A DNA stretch of 64,000 nucleotides. Origin: Eledone cirrhosa (Eukaryota). This document shows positions 41,892 through 58,742 of the stretch, piece after piece (position 1 is the stretch's first letter; every line of letters begins with the position of its first letter). A program made the position numbers and the translations under genes. The stretch is from contig OZ024742.1 in the NCBI GenBank assembly GCA_964016885.1, forward strand, positions 129,580,001 to 129,644,000, written 5' to 3'. Below the pieces are notes generated by a model, which saw only the letters and a list, made by a program, of their open reading frames with translations, ran no database searches and was not told the DNA's origin.

Positions 41892-42405
41892 CAACAACAA
41901 CAACAGCAGCAACTACAATAACAACGACAGCAACTACAATAACAACGACAACAACAACAACTGCCACCACCATCACTGACCATCTACTACCACCACCATA
42001 CTGACACCATCCACCACCTTCACCACCACCACAACCACCATCACTGGCACCATCCACCACCACCGACATCCACCACCACAACCACCACAATCACTGGCAC
42101 CATCCACCACCACCGCCATCACCACCATCCACCGACACCATCCTCCACCTTCACCACCGCCTCTACTACCACCACTACCATCACTAGCACCATCCACCAC
42201 CACCACCATCGCCACCATCAGTCACCATCCACCACCACCACCATCACCATCACTGACACCATCCACCACCTCCACCACTACCACCACCATCACTGACACC
42301 ATCCACCACCATCACCATGACTGACACCATCCACCACCACCACCACCATCACTGGCACCATCCACCACCATCACCACCACCATTCACCACCACCACCATT
42401 ACCAG
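41731..42405. repeat. Low-complexity (CAA/CAG)n followed by a (CAC)n-rich degenerate tandem repeat
   Basis: Trinucleotide runs and recurring CACCATCACTG(A/G)CACCATCCACCAC units. Confidence 0.9.
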
Positions 42406-42689
42406 CGTAAAGCAAACAATTATTATTATTATTATATAAAAACTGAACTGGACTGGGAAAAGTCAACAGTTGACATGATTTTGATTTTGTATCAATACTG
42501 CCGGTAATATATATATATATATGTGTGTGAGTGGTGTGTGTGTTTGTATGCATGAATGAGTGTTGGTATGTGAGTGGCGTGTGTGTTTGTAGTTTGTATG
42601 CATGAGTGTTGGTGTGTGAGTGTGAGTGTGTGTGTGTATGTGTGTGTCATGTCAATAAGTGTTTTTTTTTTGTTTTTTTTATGACCATG

Positions 42690-46539
<3,850 letters not shown>

Positions 46540-46600
46540 TTGGACTCTGAAGGGTTAACTATGAATGTTTAATAATTCACTTACTACCACATGTTATAGC

Positions 46601-46847
46601 TGGCTTAGTGGTTAGAGCATTGGGCTTGCAATTGAAAGGTTGTGAGTTCAATTCTTGGACTGGGTGATGTGTTGTTTCCTTGAGCAAGACACTTTATTTT
46701 ACGTTCCTCCAGTTTACTCAGCTGTAGAAATGAGATGATTGATAGGACTGGGGGTCCCTATCATTAAATTACCCAAGACACCTCCAGCGAGATATACCTT
46801 GGAGGAGGCCAGCTAAACCTGCATAGGTGTGAGCTGTCACACACACA
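46601..46847 (+). mobile_element. Second tRNA-derived SINE family with (CA)n tail and 13-bp target-site duplication
   Basis: A-box TGGCTTAGTGG, B-box GAGTTCAATTC and central CCTTGAGCAAGACACTT. TSD CACATGTTATAGC at 46588-46600 and 46848-46860. Confidence 0.85.
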
Positions 46848-47084
46848 CACATGTTATAGCATTTTGTTTTTACTTTTTTATTTTACTTTTTGGTCTTTGA
46901 ATGGAAATTGTGTCTTGTATTGTGAAGTTGTTGTTGTTAGACTTCAGTCACTTCCGATGAATGTTTCCGTTAATTGGTCAATGGTGGGACTTGCTTATGA
47001 AATTAAATTAATATACAAGTGGCGGAGAATTCAAAGCTATGTGTACACTTACATAGTTTGTTTCCAGAGTGATCCAACATGACA

Positions 47085-47369
47085 CAGAGTGTGGCAAAGT
47101 TGGCCCTTTAAAATACTGGTATGTTAGTGACACGGCAAAGGTTCCCAGTCCACACTGTAAAGTGGTTGTGTAGGTATCATGACAAAAAGCACCTAGCACA
47201 CACTGTAAATGTGGTTGGGATTAGAAAGGACATCCAGCCGTAGAAAACCAGCCAGAAACTCTCCTATATGAGCAAGACACAGTCACCCGACCCAAGTTGC
47301 CTCTAAATGGGACAAACCTGTCTAACCCATGCTAGAGTGGAAGATAGACGTTAATCAATGATGACGATG
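47085..47369 (+). mobile_element. Non-coding RTE-related fragment (UTR-derived, bipartite-like)
   Basis: CCCAGTCCACACTGTAAAGTGG...GAAAGGACATCCAGCCGTAGAAAAC, then an RTE 3' end CTAACCCATGCTAG...GACGTTAA with an ATG-type tail. Confidence 0.7.
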
Positions 47370-47469
47370 TGTGTGAATATGTGTGTGTATATATATATAT
47401 GTGTGTGCGTGTGTGTATATATATATGTGTGTGAATATGTGGAAAATTATATCTATATATATAGCACTC

Positions 47470-49830
47470 CAACATTTTGACAACAGCAGCCTCTACTCTA
47501 GGGTAACAGGAATCACCCCATGCAGATTCCCTGGCGGAAACTCACGAAGAGACTGAGAAACAACTTCCTAACAAGGAACAGTAGGCTGCTGGCTTTCTAT
47601 CACCTCATCAAAACCCACAAACAAGGATCCGACCTGAAAATCAGGCCCATTGTATCCAGCATGGAAGGACCACTTTATAAGATCTCTTAGTTCTTATCCA
47701 AGATCCTTAAACCTCTACTGGCCTCTTTACCGGGACACATCAACAGTTCTGATGAAGTTATAGTGCTACTACCAAATGGAACCTGACGCCCGAAGGAATA
47801 ACAGGTAGGCCATTAGCCTTGATGTGGTCACTTTATACACATCAGTTCCAACACTCTCAACCATTGACATACTGACAGAATGAGTCCAGTCCACCAACTT
47901 GCACTGCTTCAGGCTCACCTCCACCGACATCCACCAGCTTCTATCCATTGTCATCTGGGTGTTGTGGTACCAACATAACTGTAAAGTTATGTTGGTAACA
48001 CTACATCCAGTCCTAAATAAATGAGGTCGTGTAGGTGTCATGACAAAAAACCACACAGTCCATGCTGTAATGTGGCCATGTAGGTAACACAGTAAAAACC
48101 TCCCAGTCCACACTGTAAACTTGGTTGGTGTTAGGAAGGGTATCCAGCCGTAGAAAACCTGCCAGACAGTCCTATACGAGCGAGACAACCAATCTTGCCT
48201 CAAGTGGGACAATTACCGTCTAAACCCATGCTAGCGTGGAAGATAGACATTAAACGATGATGATGATGATGACGATGATAATGAACACATACTTTGACTT
48301 TCTCGGCCACACATACTGACAGGCCTTGGGACTACCCATAGTGTCAACCCTATTGGGTGTGCTGGCATTATCATATATGGACCAACTAGAACACAAAGCA
48401 CTCAACAACCATGCTGCTTTCTTCTCAAGATGTCATTGATATTCTCATCCTCATGTCTTCTTGAGATGACTAACGGGATATATGAGGCATTCAATAATAC
48501 AGGTGAGAATATTGAATTCAGCATGAAGCACCCCACCGATGACAGGTCCCTTGCCCTCCTTGACCTCCGACTAAACATCAAGGAACACAGAGAGGTCAAC
48601 ACAGACTTCTGTCACAAGGCAGCCTGCAGGGACCCGTTTGTACACTTCAAGTCTGCTCTTCCTAACAGCACTAAAAGAGGATATATCACAAACAAGGTTA
48701 CACAGATAAGAGATAGATGCAGTGATCCCATGAGTGGTGTCACCCCTACCAAGTAGTTCCACAGGATGTTGGAAGCCAATAGCTATCCAGCATCCTTTAC
48801 CAACAGAATAAGGAACCCCAAACACAGGCAGCAGAGAAACCTGATGGACAAGTGCTACCTCAAGATCCCACACCTGGGCAAAAGAACCACCAGGGTTATC
48901 CACAGGGCCATATGAAGGGAGGGTCTCATCATCCAATAGGCCCACTAGGGACCCTCCCAACAGAAATGCCTTTCTGAGAAGCTACACAATGCAGATAATA
49001 TGTGCTCCCTCATCAATGACCTGAATCGCTACACAGACTGTTGCTTGCACACCTACATGGTTTATAAGGTTGAGTGTTACAAGTGTAAAGATTATTACAT
49101 TGGCAGCACCATTCGACCACTGCACATATGAATCAAGGAGTACATCAGCACTAGAGTCTCGCCCTTTCGGAAAGTTATCACCAAATGCGGAAATAAGGAT
49201 GGAGGACTCACTGTCACAGTGCTAGCAATAGAATTCAACTTGGGAACTCTAATGCTGAAGAAAGCACTTTGGATAAAACGACCAGATCTGTCAATCAACA
49301 ACAGATCCAAAAGGAGCAGAACGCTGTGGACGTTTAACCCAAACAACAACACACACACACAATAACAAACAAACAAATGAAAGTTATTGTACATTTCACC
49401 GGCCTGCCAGCATACAAAGAGAGCAAAAATCGGACAGGCTCTGCTGCTATGCTGCATCTGTCACCAACATTTCGCCCACCTACCGACTACATCAACCAGA
49501 GCCACTACCAGAATGCAAGGAGAAAACAACACTGGCACGTGCATGCAAACCCTGCCATACTGCACCCATCCCACGCTTTTGTGGTGACTACTAAGTGTAA
49601 CGACTTCTGAATAACTGCGCTGATTTTGTGTGCATGGACCCGATAGAGAATATTCATTGGCATATTTCAATATGTCTGACACCTATACTTGCAACAATCG
49701 ACCATGTAGATTCTTTTCTGACAAATCTCCAATTTTTCTTCTGAATCCCCCAACGGTGGATGTGAAATCCGAAATATAGGGAAGAATAAATATATTCCAA
49801 GCTAACTTCATATTCTGGTTCTCATTTCAT
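47470..49830 (+). mobile_element. Decayed Penelope-like element with RT and C-terminal GIY-YIG (different family from A and B)
   Basis: Manual translation gives FYHLIKTHK...KIRPIVSS, ISLDVVTLYTSVP, NTYFDF, LALLDL, FVHFKSALP and MVYKVECYKCKDYYIGSTIRPL. There are many stops and frameshifts, and the ends are approximate. Confidence 0.85.
47959..48282 (+). mobile_element. RTE 3' UTR-derived insertion interrupting the PLE RT
   Basis: Homologous to 47085-47369 and to the reverse complement of 57175-57300, with an (ATG)n tail. The PLE frame LLSIVI|NTYF resumes across it. Confidence 0.8.
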
Positions 49831-50119
49831 TTTACATTTCTTGTTACATTTCTCTTCCTCCTTATCCCCTTTCTTCCTACTGCCACCGGATTTTGTTACC
49901 CGGAGATTTATCCATCTGCATTGTAGAGGTTTCCAAGACGACCTTTTGATATATATCTATATGCATGTGTGGACTGGATACTTTTTGCCAAGTCACAAGC
50001 ATGATCACTAGTACAGGGTGGAGTGGGTGCTTTTTATCGCATGACCACCTTACAGGGTGGCCTAACTGCTTTTTGTAGTGTTGGCATGACTGTATGAGTA
50101 CATGTGTTGAGCATATCTA

Positions 50120-50465
50120 GCTTTCCATGCTTGAATGTATGGACATAAGGTGTGCCAGGAGTAGTGGATGGGTGGGAAGAGGGTGAAACGAGTACAGGCC
50201 GGGGATGGGTGAGTATTAAGATGTAGGAAGGTGTATGGGTGGAAGAAGAGGAAAATTGGTGCAGACTAGTGTCCTTTAAATGTTTGCTCTATCCTGTGGA
50301 CATGGAAAGGGTCTTGTGCAATACAGCATATCACCAGAGATCTCAATCCTTTGAAAGGCTTAATGGTGTAAGATCAGCTTTTATCACTTTATCCCAAGTT
50401 TTCCTGGGTTTCCTTCTTCCATAGTTTCCTTCAACTTCAAGTGCCCTAAACCTTTTGATACAGCT
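50120..50465 (-). mobile_element. Old RTE 3' fragment
   Basis: The minus strand translates SCIKRFRALEVEG..GRRKPRKTWDKVIKADL, followed by a purine/pyrimidine-biased 3' UTR ending near CATGGAAA. Confidence 0.7.
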
Positions 50466-50897
50466 CTGTGTGTGTGAGAGATGTTATTAGTTAAGACCAG
50501 TAAAACTAAAGTTGAATACAGGTATTATTAGGATTTTCTGCCCTATGGTTAAGCTTTTACTGTTTCAATAGCAAATGAGAAAATAAATATGATTTGGTTC
50601 AACTCTACCTCTTTGGGATGAGGTTACGGTTTGATTGACAGGTGGAGGAGTGGAGATTAGCAGAAGGGGTTCTGTAATGGAGCCATACTCTGAGTGTGTG
50701 TGTGTGTGTGGGATGGGGGGGGGGGGGTCCTGATCAAAAGTTACAAACGAATACATGGCAAGAATGAAATGAAAGAGAATTGGTCACTGTTGTAGATAAA
50801 ATTAATGTTTATGGCAGATGTGCCCTGGCAGTTGTCTATTTCCATGTCCTATAACCTCCATAATTAGTCATGTTTTATAGCACAGGTAATGTATTAA

Positions 50898-51312
50898 CCC
50901 TTTAGCATTTACATTACTCTATATATACTTGTTTCTACTTTAGGCACAAGGCCAGCAATTACCCAGTGCATTACTAGTACTTTATTTTATCGACCCCGTA
51001 AGGATGAAAGGCAAAGTCAACCTCGGCGGGATTTGAACTCAGATCGTAAAGGGACGTAACTATGCTTGAAAGCATGGCGTCCGACCCTCTACCGATACTG
51101 CCAATCCACCGCCTATATATACTATTATATTTTCATGGTAAATGCTTTACCTTACATACTTATCTCTCATAATATCGAATCTATGAGATTTTGGTGTTAT
51201 TTAATTTGAGTACCTTACCTTAACATCAGTATGAGCAGCCAGATACAGCTGGTTTGAACAAAAAGAGGTGAGGGAATTCTGGCCGGATATGGCCAGTTTA
51301 AATGCTAAAGGG
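50898..51312. mobile_element. piggyBac-type MITE with TTAA target-site duplication
   Basis: Perfect 14-bp TIRs CCCTTTAGCATTTA/TAAATGCTAAAGGG, flanked by TTAA at 50894-50897 and 51313-51316. Confidence 0.88.
50930..51113 (-). mobile_element. Full-length tRNA-derived SINE, short form, nested in the MITE
   Basis: Complete head GGCGGTGGATTGGCAG, B-box and central domain. TSD TATATATACT at 50920-50929 and 51114-51123. Confidence 0.9.
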
Positions 51313-51461
51313 TTAATGTGGTATTGTTTCCAGTTCCCAGACATTGAGTCTATTTTAAGTGTTTTCAACTTTGATTCACTGTTTCCTCCTCCTCCTCCTC
51401 CTCCTCCTCCTCCTCCTCCTCCTTCTTCTTCTTCTTCTTACTATGGGGCAAAATTAAATAA

Positions 51462-53857
51462 GTTAAGGCCTTCCCCAGGGAAGAATGCACCGCCCAACAC
51501 AAGTTAGTTATTAACGATATCAAAATAAACACAAGACAGAACAAGATACACAGTAAAATATGGAGATGGAGCATTTGGAAGCTAAAGGACCTTTCACTTA
51601 ATTATAGGTTTATACAGGCCCTACAGGATGCAGTAGAAGAGAGGGTGACAATCTAGGTGCATATGATGTAAAGGACAGCTAGTAATTCCTACATGACAGC
51701 CTTTTGCAAACTACTGATGAGACTTATAGATGGAGTAAGACACCAGCCAGACAGTCGGTAACCTGTTGGTGGAACAGCACAGTGGATAGAGCCATTAAAG
51801 CCAAGAGACAGGCATGGAAAGACTGGAAAAATGGGAGTAGCAGAGACAAGTACCAGGTAGCTAAGAGAGAAGCTAGACAACAGATATACACAACTCAGAG
51901 AGATGCTGAAAAAAGAAAGTTTGCCAATTTCTTGAGACATGAGGACCTGAGACATGAAGTGTTTCACATTGCAAGGCAATGTGTTAGTGTAAATCGAGAT
52001 GTTGTTAGGGGAAAATGTGTTAGAAATTATGCTGGTGCACTTAGTATTACTGATGCCCAAAAGAAAGAGGCCTGGAATTGTTACTTTGAGAGATTGTTGA
52101 ATGTAGAGAATGAATGTGAGGAAGAGAAACTAACCCAACTTATCCAACAGAAGGACCAGCTATTGAAGTTGATAGTTAGAGTCAAAGAAGCAATGAAAGA
52201 GATGAAGATTGGTCAAGCTGCAGGACCATCAGAGATAGTTGCTGAGATGCTAAAAGCATTGGAAGAAGTAGGAATCAAGCTAGTAACCTCGCATAGTGAA
52301 TCAGGTAATACAGGATGGTGTCATACCCAATGACTGGTGCAGTAGTACAATCCTAAATTGCTACAAGGGCAATGGTGATGCTCTGGAAATAAGCAACTAC
52401 TGAGGAATAAAACTAATGGACCAAATTATGAAAGTGTTATAGCACAACTAATTAGGGAAATAGTCAAATTAGATGAAATGCAGTTTCATTTCATGCCTGG
52501 GAAAAGTAATACAGATGCCCTCTTCTTAGTGAGGCAACTACAAGAGAAGTTCCAAGCCAAGAATAAGCCACTATATTTATCTTTTGTTGATCTAGAAAAG
52601 GCCTTTGACAGAGTACCTCAATCTATTATCTGGTGGTCTTTTAGGAAATTAGCTGTAGAAGAATGGCTTGTGAGAGCAGTGCAAGCCATGTACAGAGGAG
52701 CTGTCAGTAAAATGAGGTTAGGTAATGAGTTTAGTGAATAATTCAAGGTTCAGGTAGGAGTTTATCAAGGTTCAGTTCTTAGCCCACTGCTGTTCATCAT
52801 AGTTCTCCAGGCCTTAACAGAAGAGTTTAAAACAGGCTCTCTATGGGAACTTCTCTATTGCAGCTGGTTTGGTCCTTATAGCAGAATACATAAAAGAACT
52901 AGAACATAAGATCTGGTCATGGAAACGGAATTTGGAATCAAAAGGTCTGAGAGTAAACTTAGCCAAAACTAAAGTGCTAGAGAGTAGGAAAGAAGATAAG
53001 ATCCTTATTCCCTTAGGGAAGTGGCCCTACTCAATATGTAGAAAGGGAGTAGACATAAACTCCATATAATGAACACAATGTAAATCTTGAATACACAAGA
53101 GATGTAGTGGGATAGCAAGTAGACTAACAGGAAGAGAAGACTTTGTATGTAGAAGATGCACAGGAGTAATCAAAGGGAAGAATGTCAATGATATAAACCT
53201 CTTCAAGTAATAGGAAGGATCCATAGAAGTGGTTGATAGCTTCTGCTATCTATGTGACTTAATCAACAGTGAGGGAAGGTGCTCTGAGAGCATAATAATA
53301 GAATAAAGATAGGATTGTAGAAGTTTAGAGAGTTATTCCAACAGTTGACAACAAAGGGTTTCTCCCTATGTACAAAAGGATGACTGTATGACACCCGTGT
53401 GTGAAGAGTGATGCTGCATGGCAATGAAACGTGGGCAGTGACAGCAGAAGACATGCAAATACGGGAGAAAAATGAAGCAGGCATACTTCGTTGGATGTGC
53501 AACGGAAATGTGCGAAAAAAAGGCAGAGCTTGGATGAACTGAGGAAGAAGCTAGGTTTAAGAGGAACCTAAGGTAGTATGCAGGAGAGAAGACTGTGTTG
53601 GTACGGACATGTGATGCACATGAATGATGATTGATGAGTGAAAAAGTGCCAGGAAATCCCAGTTTAAGGAGCTTAAACTGGCAGTAGAGGTAGACTGAGA
53701 AATACCTGGGCAGAGGTGGTGAGATCTGACCTCAAATCGCTGAGACTCATGGAAGAGATGACAAAGAAATGCAGTGAGTGGAGAACTACTGTGTTGAAAA
53801 GGACCTATCCAATCCATGCAAGCATGGAAAACAGGCATAAAAACGATGATGATGATG
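51462..53857 (+). mobile_element. 5'-truncated, heavily decayed RTE-clade LINE
   Basis: WWNSTVDRAIK, MQFHFMPGKS, FVDLEKAFDRVP and WPYSICRKG motifs with many stops. Ends CCATGCAAGCATGGAAAA...(GAT)n. Confidence 0.92.
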
Positions 53858-54256
53858 TTTCTGTTGGTGTAAAGGTTTTTGTGAGTGTTATTAAATCTGG
53901 TTTCTACATGGGTGTTGTGTAGAGGTCTGCTGTGGTTCTGGGATTGGCTAGTATTTGGATAAATGAGTAGTACAAGAAGTCTGTATTAGTGTTTTATAAA
54001 CCACTCCATTACACAATACTATTACACCAACTATATTGCCAAAGCCTTTCCTGCATAATACTGCCAACCCATACAGAACTTCACAATAGCCAATCAAATT
54101 TCCTAACCAAGCAAAGGCTTACACACCCAGCTAATTTATCCAGAACCACTCCACTACCCAACACACTCTCTCTCTCTCTCTCTCTCACAGGCACAGACAC
54201 ACTCACACACATGCACACATACATATAATGTATGTACATGTATATTTATATATATA

Positions 54257-55186
54257 CTAGCAGTGGTACCCGGCGTTGCACGGGATAAGGTATTTTGGAA
54301 CGTGGGCTGCCAACAGACCTAATCGTGAAAAAACTGCATGCATGGACAATATGTAAAGAAAATAAACCGAATACTCTGATGGCTGGATAATCTTTAAAAT
54401 TTTCCTCGATGAAGCAGGAAAAATGCAGGTTTTCACCTAATGCGGGCCCCAGGGGATCAAGAAAATGAATATTTTTTATGTGCATAATAGGCCTTGAAAT
54501 TTCGGGAAAATCGGCTAGACGTAACGCCTCAAGAAAGCTCTAAAAAGCTGAAAAAATGAAGTTTTTCACCTAATGCATGCCCTAGACCATAAACAAGTCG
54601 GATTTTCTTTTGCTCACGGTATGACGAAGAGACTGACTAACACATAGTTACAATTTCAAGGAAATCAGTCTGACGTAACGACTCAAAAAACCCCTAAAAA
54701 CCTGAAAAAACGCAGTTTTTCAACTAATGCGGGCCCTAGGGGATCAAAAAGTTGAATTTTTTTTATTGCATAACACTCCCTGAAACAAATAATACACATG
54801 TAAAATTTGAAAAAAGTCGGTTGGGTACTTCTCGAGTTTTAGGGATTCAAACTCACAGACACACACACACACAGACAGACATCCTCAGGGAAGTGACGTA
54901 ATGCAGACAGCCAGACATACAGACAGATATTATAAGGGCGCGACGTTATATGTATGTATCTATCTAAAAAGAGAAAGACTAAGAATTATAGAGAGAGATC
55001 GCTAAATCGCCTAATGTGGTCCCTAGGGCATCGAAAATTTGAAATTTCTTTTGCTCAGAACACTCCCTGAAACATAAGTATTATATGTGTAAAGTTTGAA
55101 AAGAGAGTCGGTTGGGTGGTTCTCGAATTTTAGGGATTCAAACTCACACATACACAGACAGACATCCTCAGTTTTATATATATAGA
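54257..55186 (-). mobile_element. Non-autonomous Helitron-like element 1 with internal direct repeats
   Basis: The minus strand starts TCTATATATATAAAA and ends CCCGTGCAACGCCGGG (hairpin)-TACCACTG-CTAG|T. Internal repeats begin TTTTCA(C/A)CTAATGC near 54430, 54563 and 54718, with a related copy near 55010. Confidence 0.75.
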
Positions 55187-55727
55187 CTAGCAGAAAACCA
55201 CCCGGTAGGCGGTTTTCTGTTAGCAAATCTAGTGTATATACTGATATTGTTGAGATTTGGATGAGAAATGTTTTCGGCACCACATGTTCACCGTCTCTCG
55301 GTGTGTCTTTTATGCATGTATAAATATATATGTTATCTATACGGTGAAATCTTTGAAATAAATATATGTTAAAACGAAAAAGAAGAAAAAGAGATTAGTG
55401 ACGGAAATATAAACGTTATGATACATAAACGTTATGATATAACGATGGAAATATATCTTCAAATGGTCCTTGGCATGGTGTCAAGTCAGAACCGCCTCGA
55501 ACTGGTTACTTCTGGCTTGTGCAAGGTGTCTCTATAGCAACCAGCGATTCCCTCGGCCTCAGTGACCAAAGTCAGTGGAGAGGGGAAGGTAATGTTTCTA
55601 TAGCGACAGTGTTTCTCTTGGTAGTACCAAAGTGGAGAAAGGAAGGGGAAGGTAATATTTCTGTAGCACCTACATTTGAGTTTTAGGGAAGGACAGACAG
55701 ACAAACAGAGAAATGCCCATATATTTC

Positions 55728-55770
<43 letters not shown>

Positions 55771-55922
55771 CACACACAGAAATGTATATATATTTCTTAG
55801 AACAAAATTATTATTAATGTTTTGCTGTTCATAACAATTGGAATTGAAAAATTACTTTTGAAATTATTAGTTATTTTACTAATGCTTAGATATGTAAAAA
55901 TGAAGCAATGTTTCTAATAATT

Positions 55923-56107
55923 GTTTCTACTTTTGGCACAAGGCCAGCAATTACCCAGTACATTACTGGTACTTTATTTTATCGATCCCGTGAGGATGAA
56001 AGGCAAAGTTAACCTCGGCAGTATTTGAACTCAGACCGCAAAGGGACGTAACTCCATGCTATGAAGCATGGTGTCCGACTCTCTACAGATTCTGCCAATC
56101 CACCGCC
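55923..56107 (-). mobile_element. Full-length tRNA-derived SINE, short form
   Basis: Closely similar to 50930-51113 along its whole length. Confidence 0.9.
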
Positions 56108-56344
56108 CTAATGTCTGTACGTAATGAGGGAGTTAGAGAGGAGAGAAAGAAAGGCAGAGGTGAAGTGACGAAGTGACTCTCTCCTCCTCCTCCTCCTCCA
56201 TCTCCCCATTCGTCACAGCGATAGAGGGGAGGAATGTTAGTGTGTTACAAAGAGAAAGAGTGAGAGTGAGAGAAACAGACAGACTAAAAGAGAGGGATAG
56301 CTGGAGAGAGAGAGATAGCAACAGATACAGTACAGTAGCTAAGG

Positions 56345-56682
56345 GATGTATATATATTTATGTGTGTATATATATATACATTTCTGTGTGTGTAATATAT
56401 ATATATATATATACACACACAGAAATGTATATATATTTCTGTGTGTGTATATAAATATATATATATATTACACACAGAGAAATGTATATATATTTCTGTG
56501 TGTGTGTATATATATATATATATATTACACACACAGAAATGTATATATATTTCTGTGTGTATATATATATATATTACACACACAGAAATGTATATATATT
56601 TCTGTGTGTATATATATATATTTCTGTGTGTGTATATATATATATATATTACACACACACAGAAATGTATATATGTTTCTGT
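56345..56682. repeat. Minisatellite of palindromic units
   Basis: Repeated TACACACACAGAAAT-GTATATAT-ATTTCTGTGTGTGTA units separated by (TA)n. A related unit lies at about 55720-55795. Confidence 0.88.
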
Positions 56683-57156
56683 AGCACTCCTCAATTCCCC
56701 CCTCTCTCCCTCCCGCTATCCCCCTCTTGTAGTCTGTCTCTTTCTTTCACTCTCACTCTCTCTCTCTACGCGTTGCGTGCGCAAAAAACATTCGCACGCG
56801 CGCACGTGTTTCCACTGTCGGACAGACAGACAGAGAAATTGCTGGTTATATATTATAAGGAGATGTGTGTGTGTCTATGTTGACATCATCATCGTTTAAC
56901 GTCTATTTTCCAAGTTACCATGGGTATATACATATGTGTGTGTGTATGTGTGTGTGTGTGTGGGGGGGGGGGGTTGTAGTAAAAAGTAAAAGTGGAAAGC
57001 ACGGGTGCATATTGAAAGATTTCTTTTCTTTAATTTGACAAAATAGATATTTATTAGATTACATGAATTAAAGTTTTATAAAATATTATCAGTTTCAGTT
57101 AGTGTGACAATCTTATGAAATATAAAAATGTTTGACATATTCTGTGGGCAGTTAGA

Positions 57157-58742
57157 ATCATTATCATCATCATCATCATCGTTTAACGTCTACCCTCCAC
57201 GCTAGCATGGGTTAGACGGGAGTTGTGGACTGTGTGTTTTTTGTCGTGACACCAACACGATCTCATTACTTTAGACTGGATGTTGTGGTACCAACATAAC
57301 TTTATAGAGAAAGGGTGGTGTTGGCGGGAGTGGGAGGATGGAGTGGGGCAGTGAGTTGGGGTGTGTTTGGTTTGGAGGGGCCTACTGACTGTAGGTTAAC
57401 TTTGCACGTAGGGAAGGCGGGTCTTCTGTAATATTGTGTGCTGCCAAAGATCTCGATCCAGTGACATTGTCTTAGAGAGGTGCAAGTGTGCAAGGTCGGA
57501 CTTTATCATATCATCCCAGGTTTTTCTGGGTCTACCTACTCAGTAACTTCCCTCAATTTTGATTGCCCTGCACTTCTTATACAGCTGTCATCTTTCATGT
57601 GCATCATATGACCGTACCAACGTAATCTTCTCTTGAGTAAACAGCATCTGATCCCTTTTCTTCCTAATTTCTCACTTAGTTCATTTATGTTTTGCCGTTT
57701 GTGTATATTACTATTACACATCCAACGGAGCATGCATGCTTCGTTCCTTTCCAGTCTGCGCAGGTTCTCTGCACACAATGCCCATGTCTCACTGCCATGT
57801 AACATTGCTGTTCGTATACAAGCATCATACAATCTGCCTTTCAGAGAGAAACCTTTTGTGGCCAACAGCGGTATAAGCTCTCTGAACTTTTTCCATCCCG
57901 TTCTAACTCTGGCTACTGTACTTTCAGAACACCCATCACCACTGCTGATTTTGTCACCCAGGTAACGGAAAGTGTCCACTATTTCTATGGAACCATCTGG
58001 GCAGTAGAAGGAGCTAGTATCTTGTGGGAACTTGCTACATTATTGCACCTGAGCATCAGTCACATATAAAATCTACATTCTTAGATAGCTTGCCTGTGAT
58101 CCCACTACATCTTTTATGTATCCATAACTTGCATTTGGGGCATCGAATAGAATTTCTACCTACTCCTTACCTACATACTGAGCAAGGCCATTTCCCAGAG
58201 GGCACCTGTGCCCTATTTTCCTTTTTACATACTACAACTTTAGTCTTAGAAAAGTTAACTTTAAGGCCTTTTGATTCTAGGCCATGCTTCCATGTTTGGA
58301 ATTTTTTCTCTAGTTCAGCCGTAGATTCAGCTATGAGCGTTAGATTATCTGCATATAGAAGTTCCCACTGGCAACCAGTCTTAAACTCCTCTGTTATAGC
58401 CTGAAGGGCAATAATAAACATGAGGGGGCTAAGGACAGAGCCTTGATGAACACCGACTTTTACGCTAAATTCTTCACTATATTCATTGTTAATTCTAACC
58501 TTACTGACTGTATCTTTATACATGGCTTGTATAGCTCTCACAAGCCATTCATCTACACCTAGTTTTCTAAGAGCCCACCAGATAATGGAGCGTGGGACTC
58601 TGTCGAAGGCTTTCTCTAAGTTAACAAAATCTAAGTAGAGGGGTTTACTTTTAGCTAGGTACTTCTCCTGTAGTTGTCGTACAAGGAAAAGAGCATCTGT
58701 GGTACTTTACCTGACACAAACCAAACTGCATTTCATTTAGAT
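57157..58742 (-). mobile_element. RTE-clade LINE 3' half (long 3' UTR subfamily), cut by a hAT insertion
   Basis: GVHQGSVLSPL, LLYADNL, FRYLGD and RRLRWYGHM motifs, with a (CAT)n tail at 57157-57180. Homology stops at LNEMQFG next to the hAT TIR. Confidence 0.92.

Larger units (their letters stand above)
55187..56863 (-). mobile_element. Putative Helitron-like element 2, head-to-tail with element 1
   Basis: The minus strand starts A|TCTCCTTATAATAT and ends with a hairpin plus CCGGGTGGTTTTCTG-CTAG, directly abutting the TC of element 1. Confidence 0.55.

Noticed and set aside
41749-42405. Poly-N/S/H or poly-V/G ORFs as a low-complexity protein exon
   Set aside because: These are trinucleotide repeats with no recognisable domain or supported splice structure.
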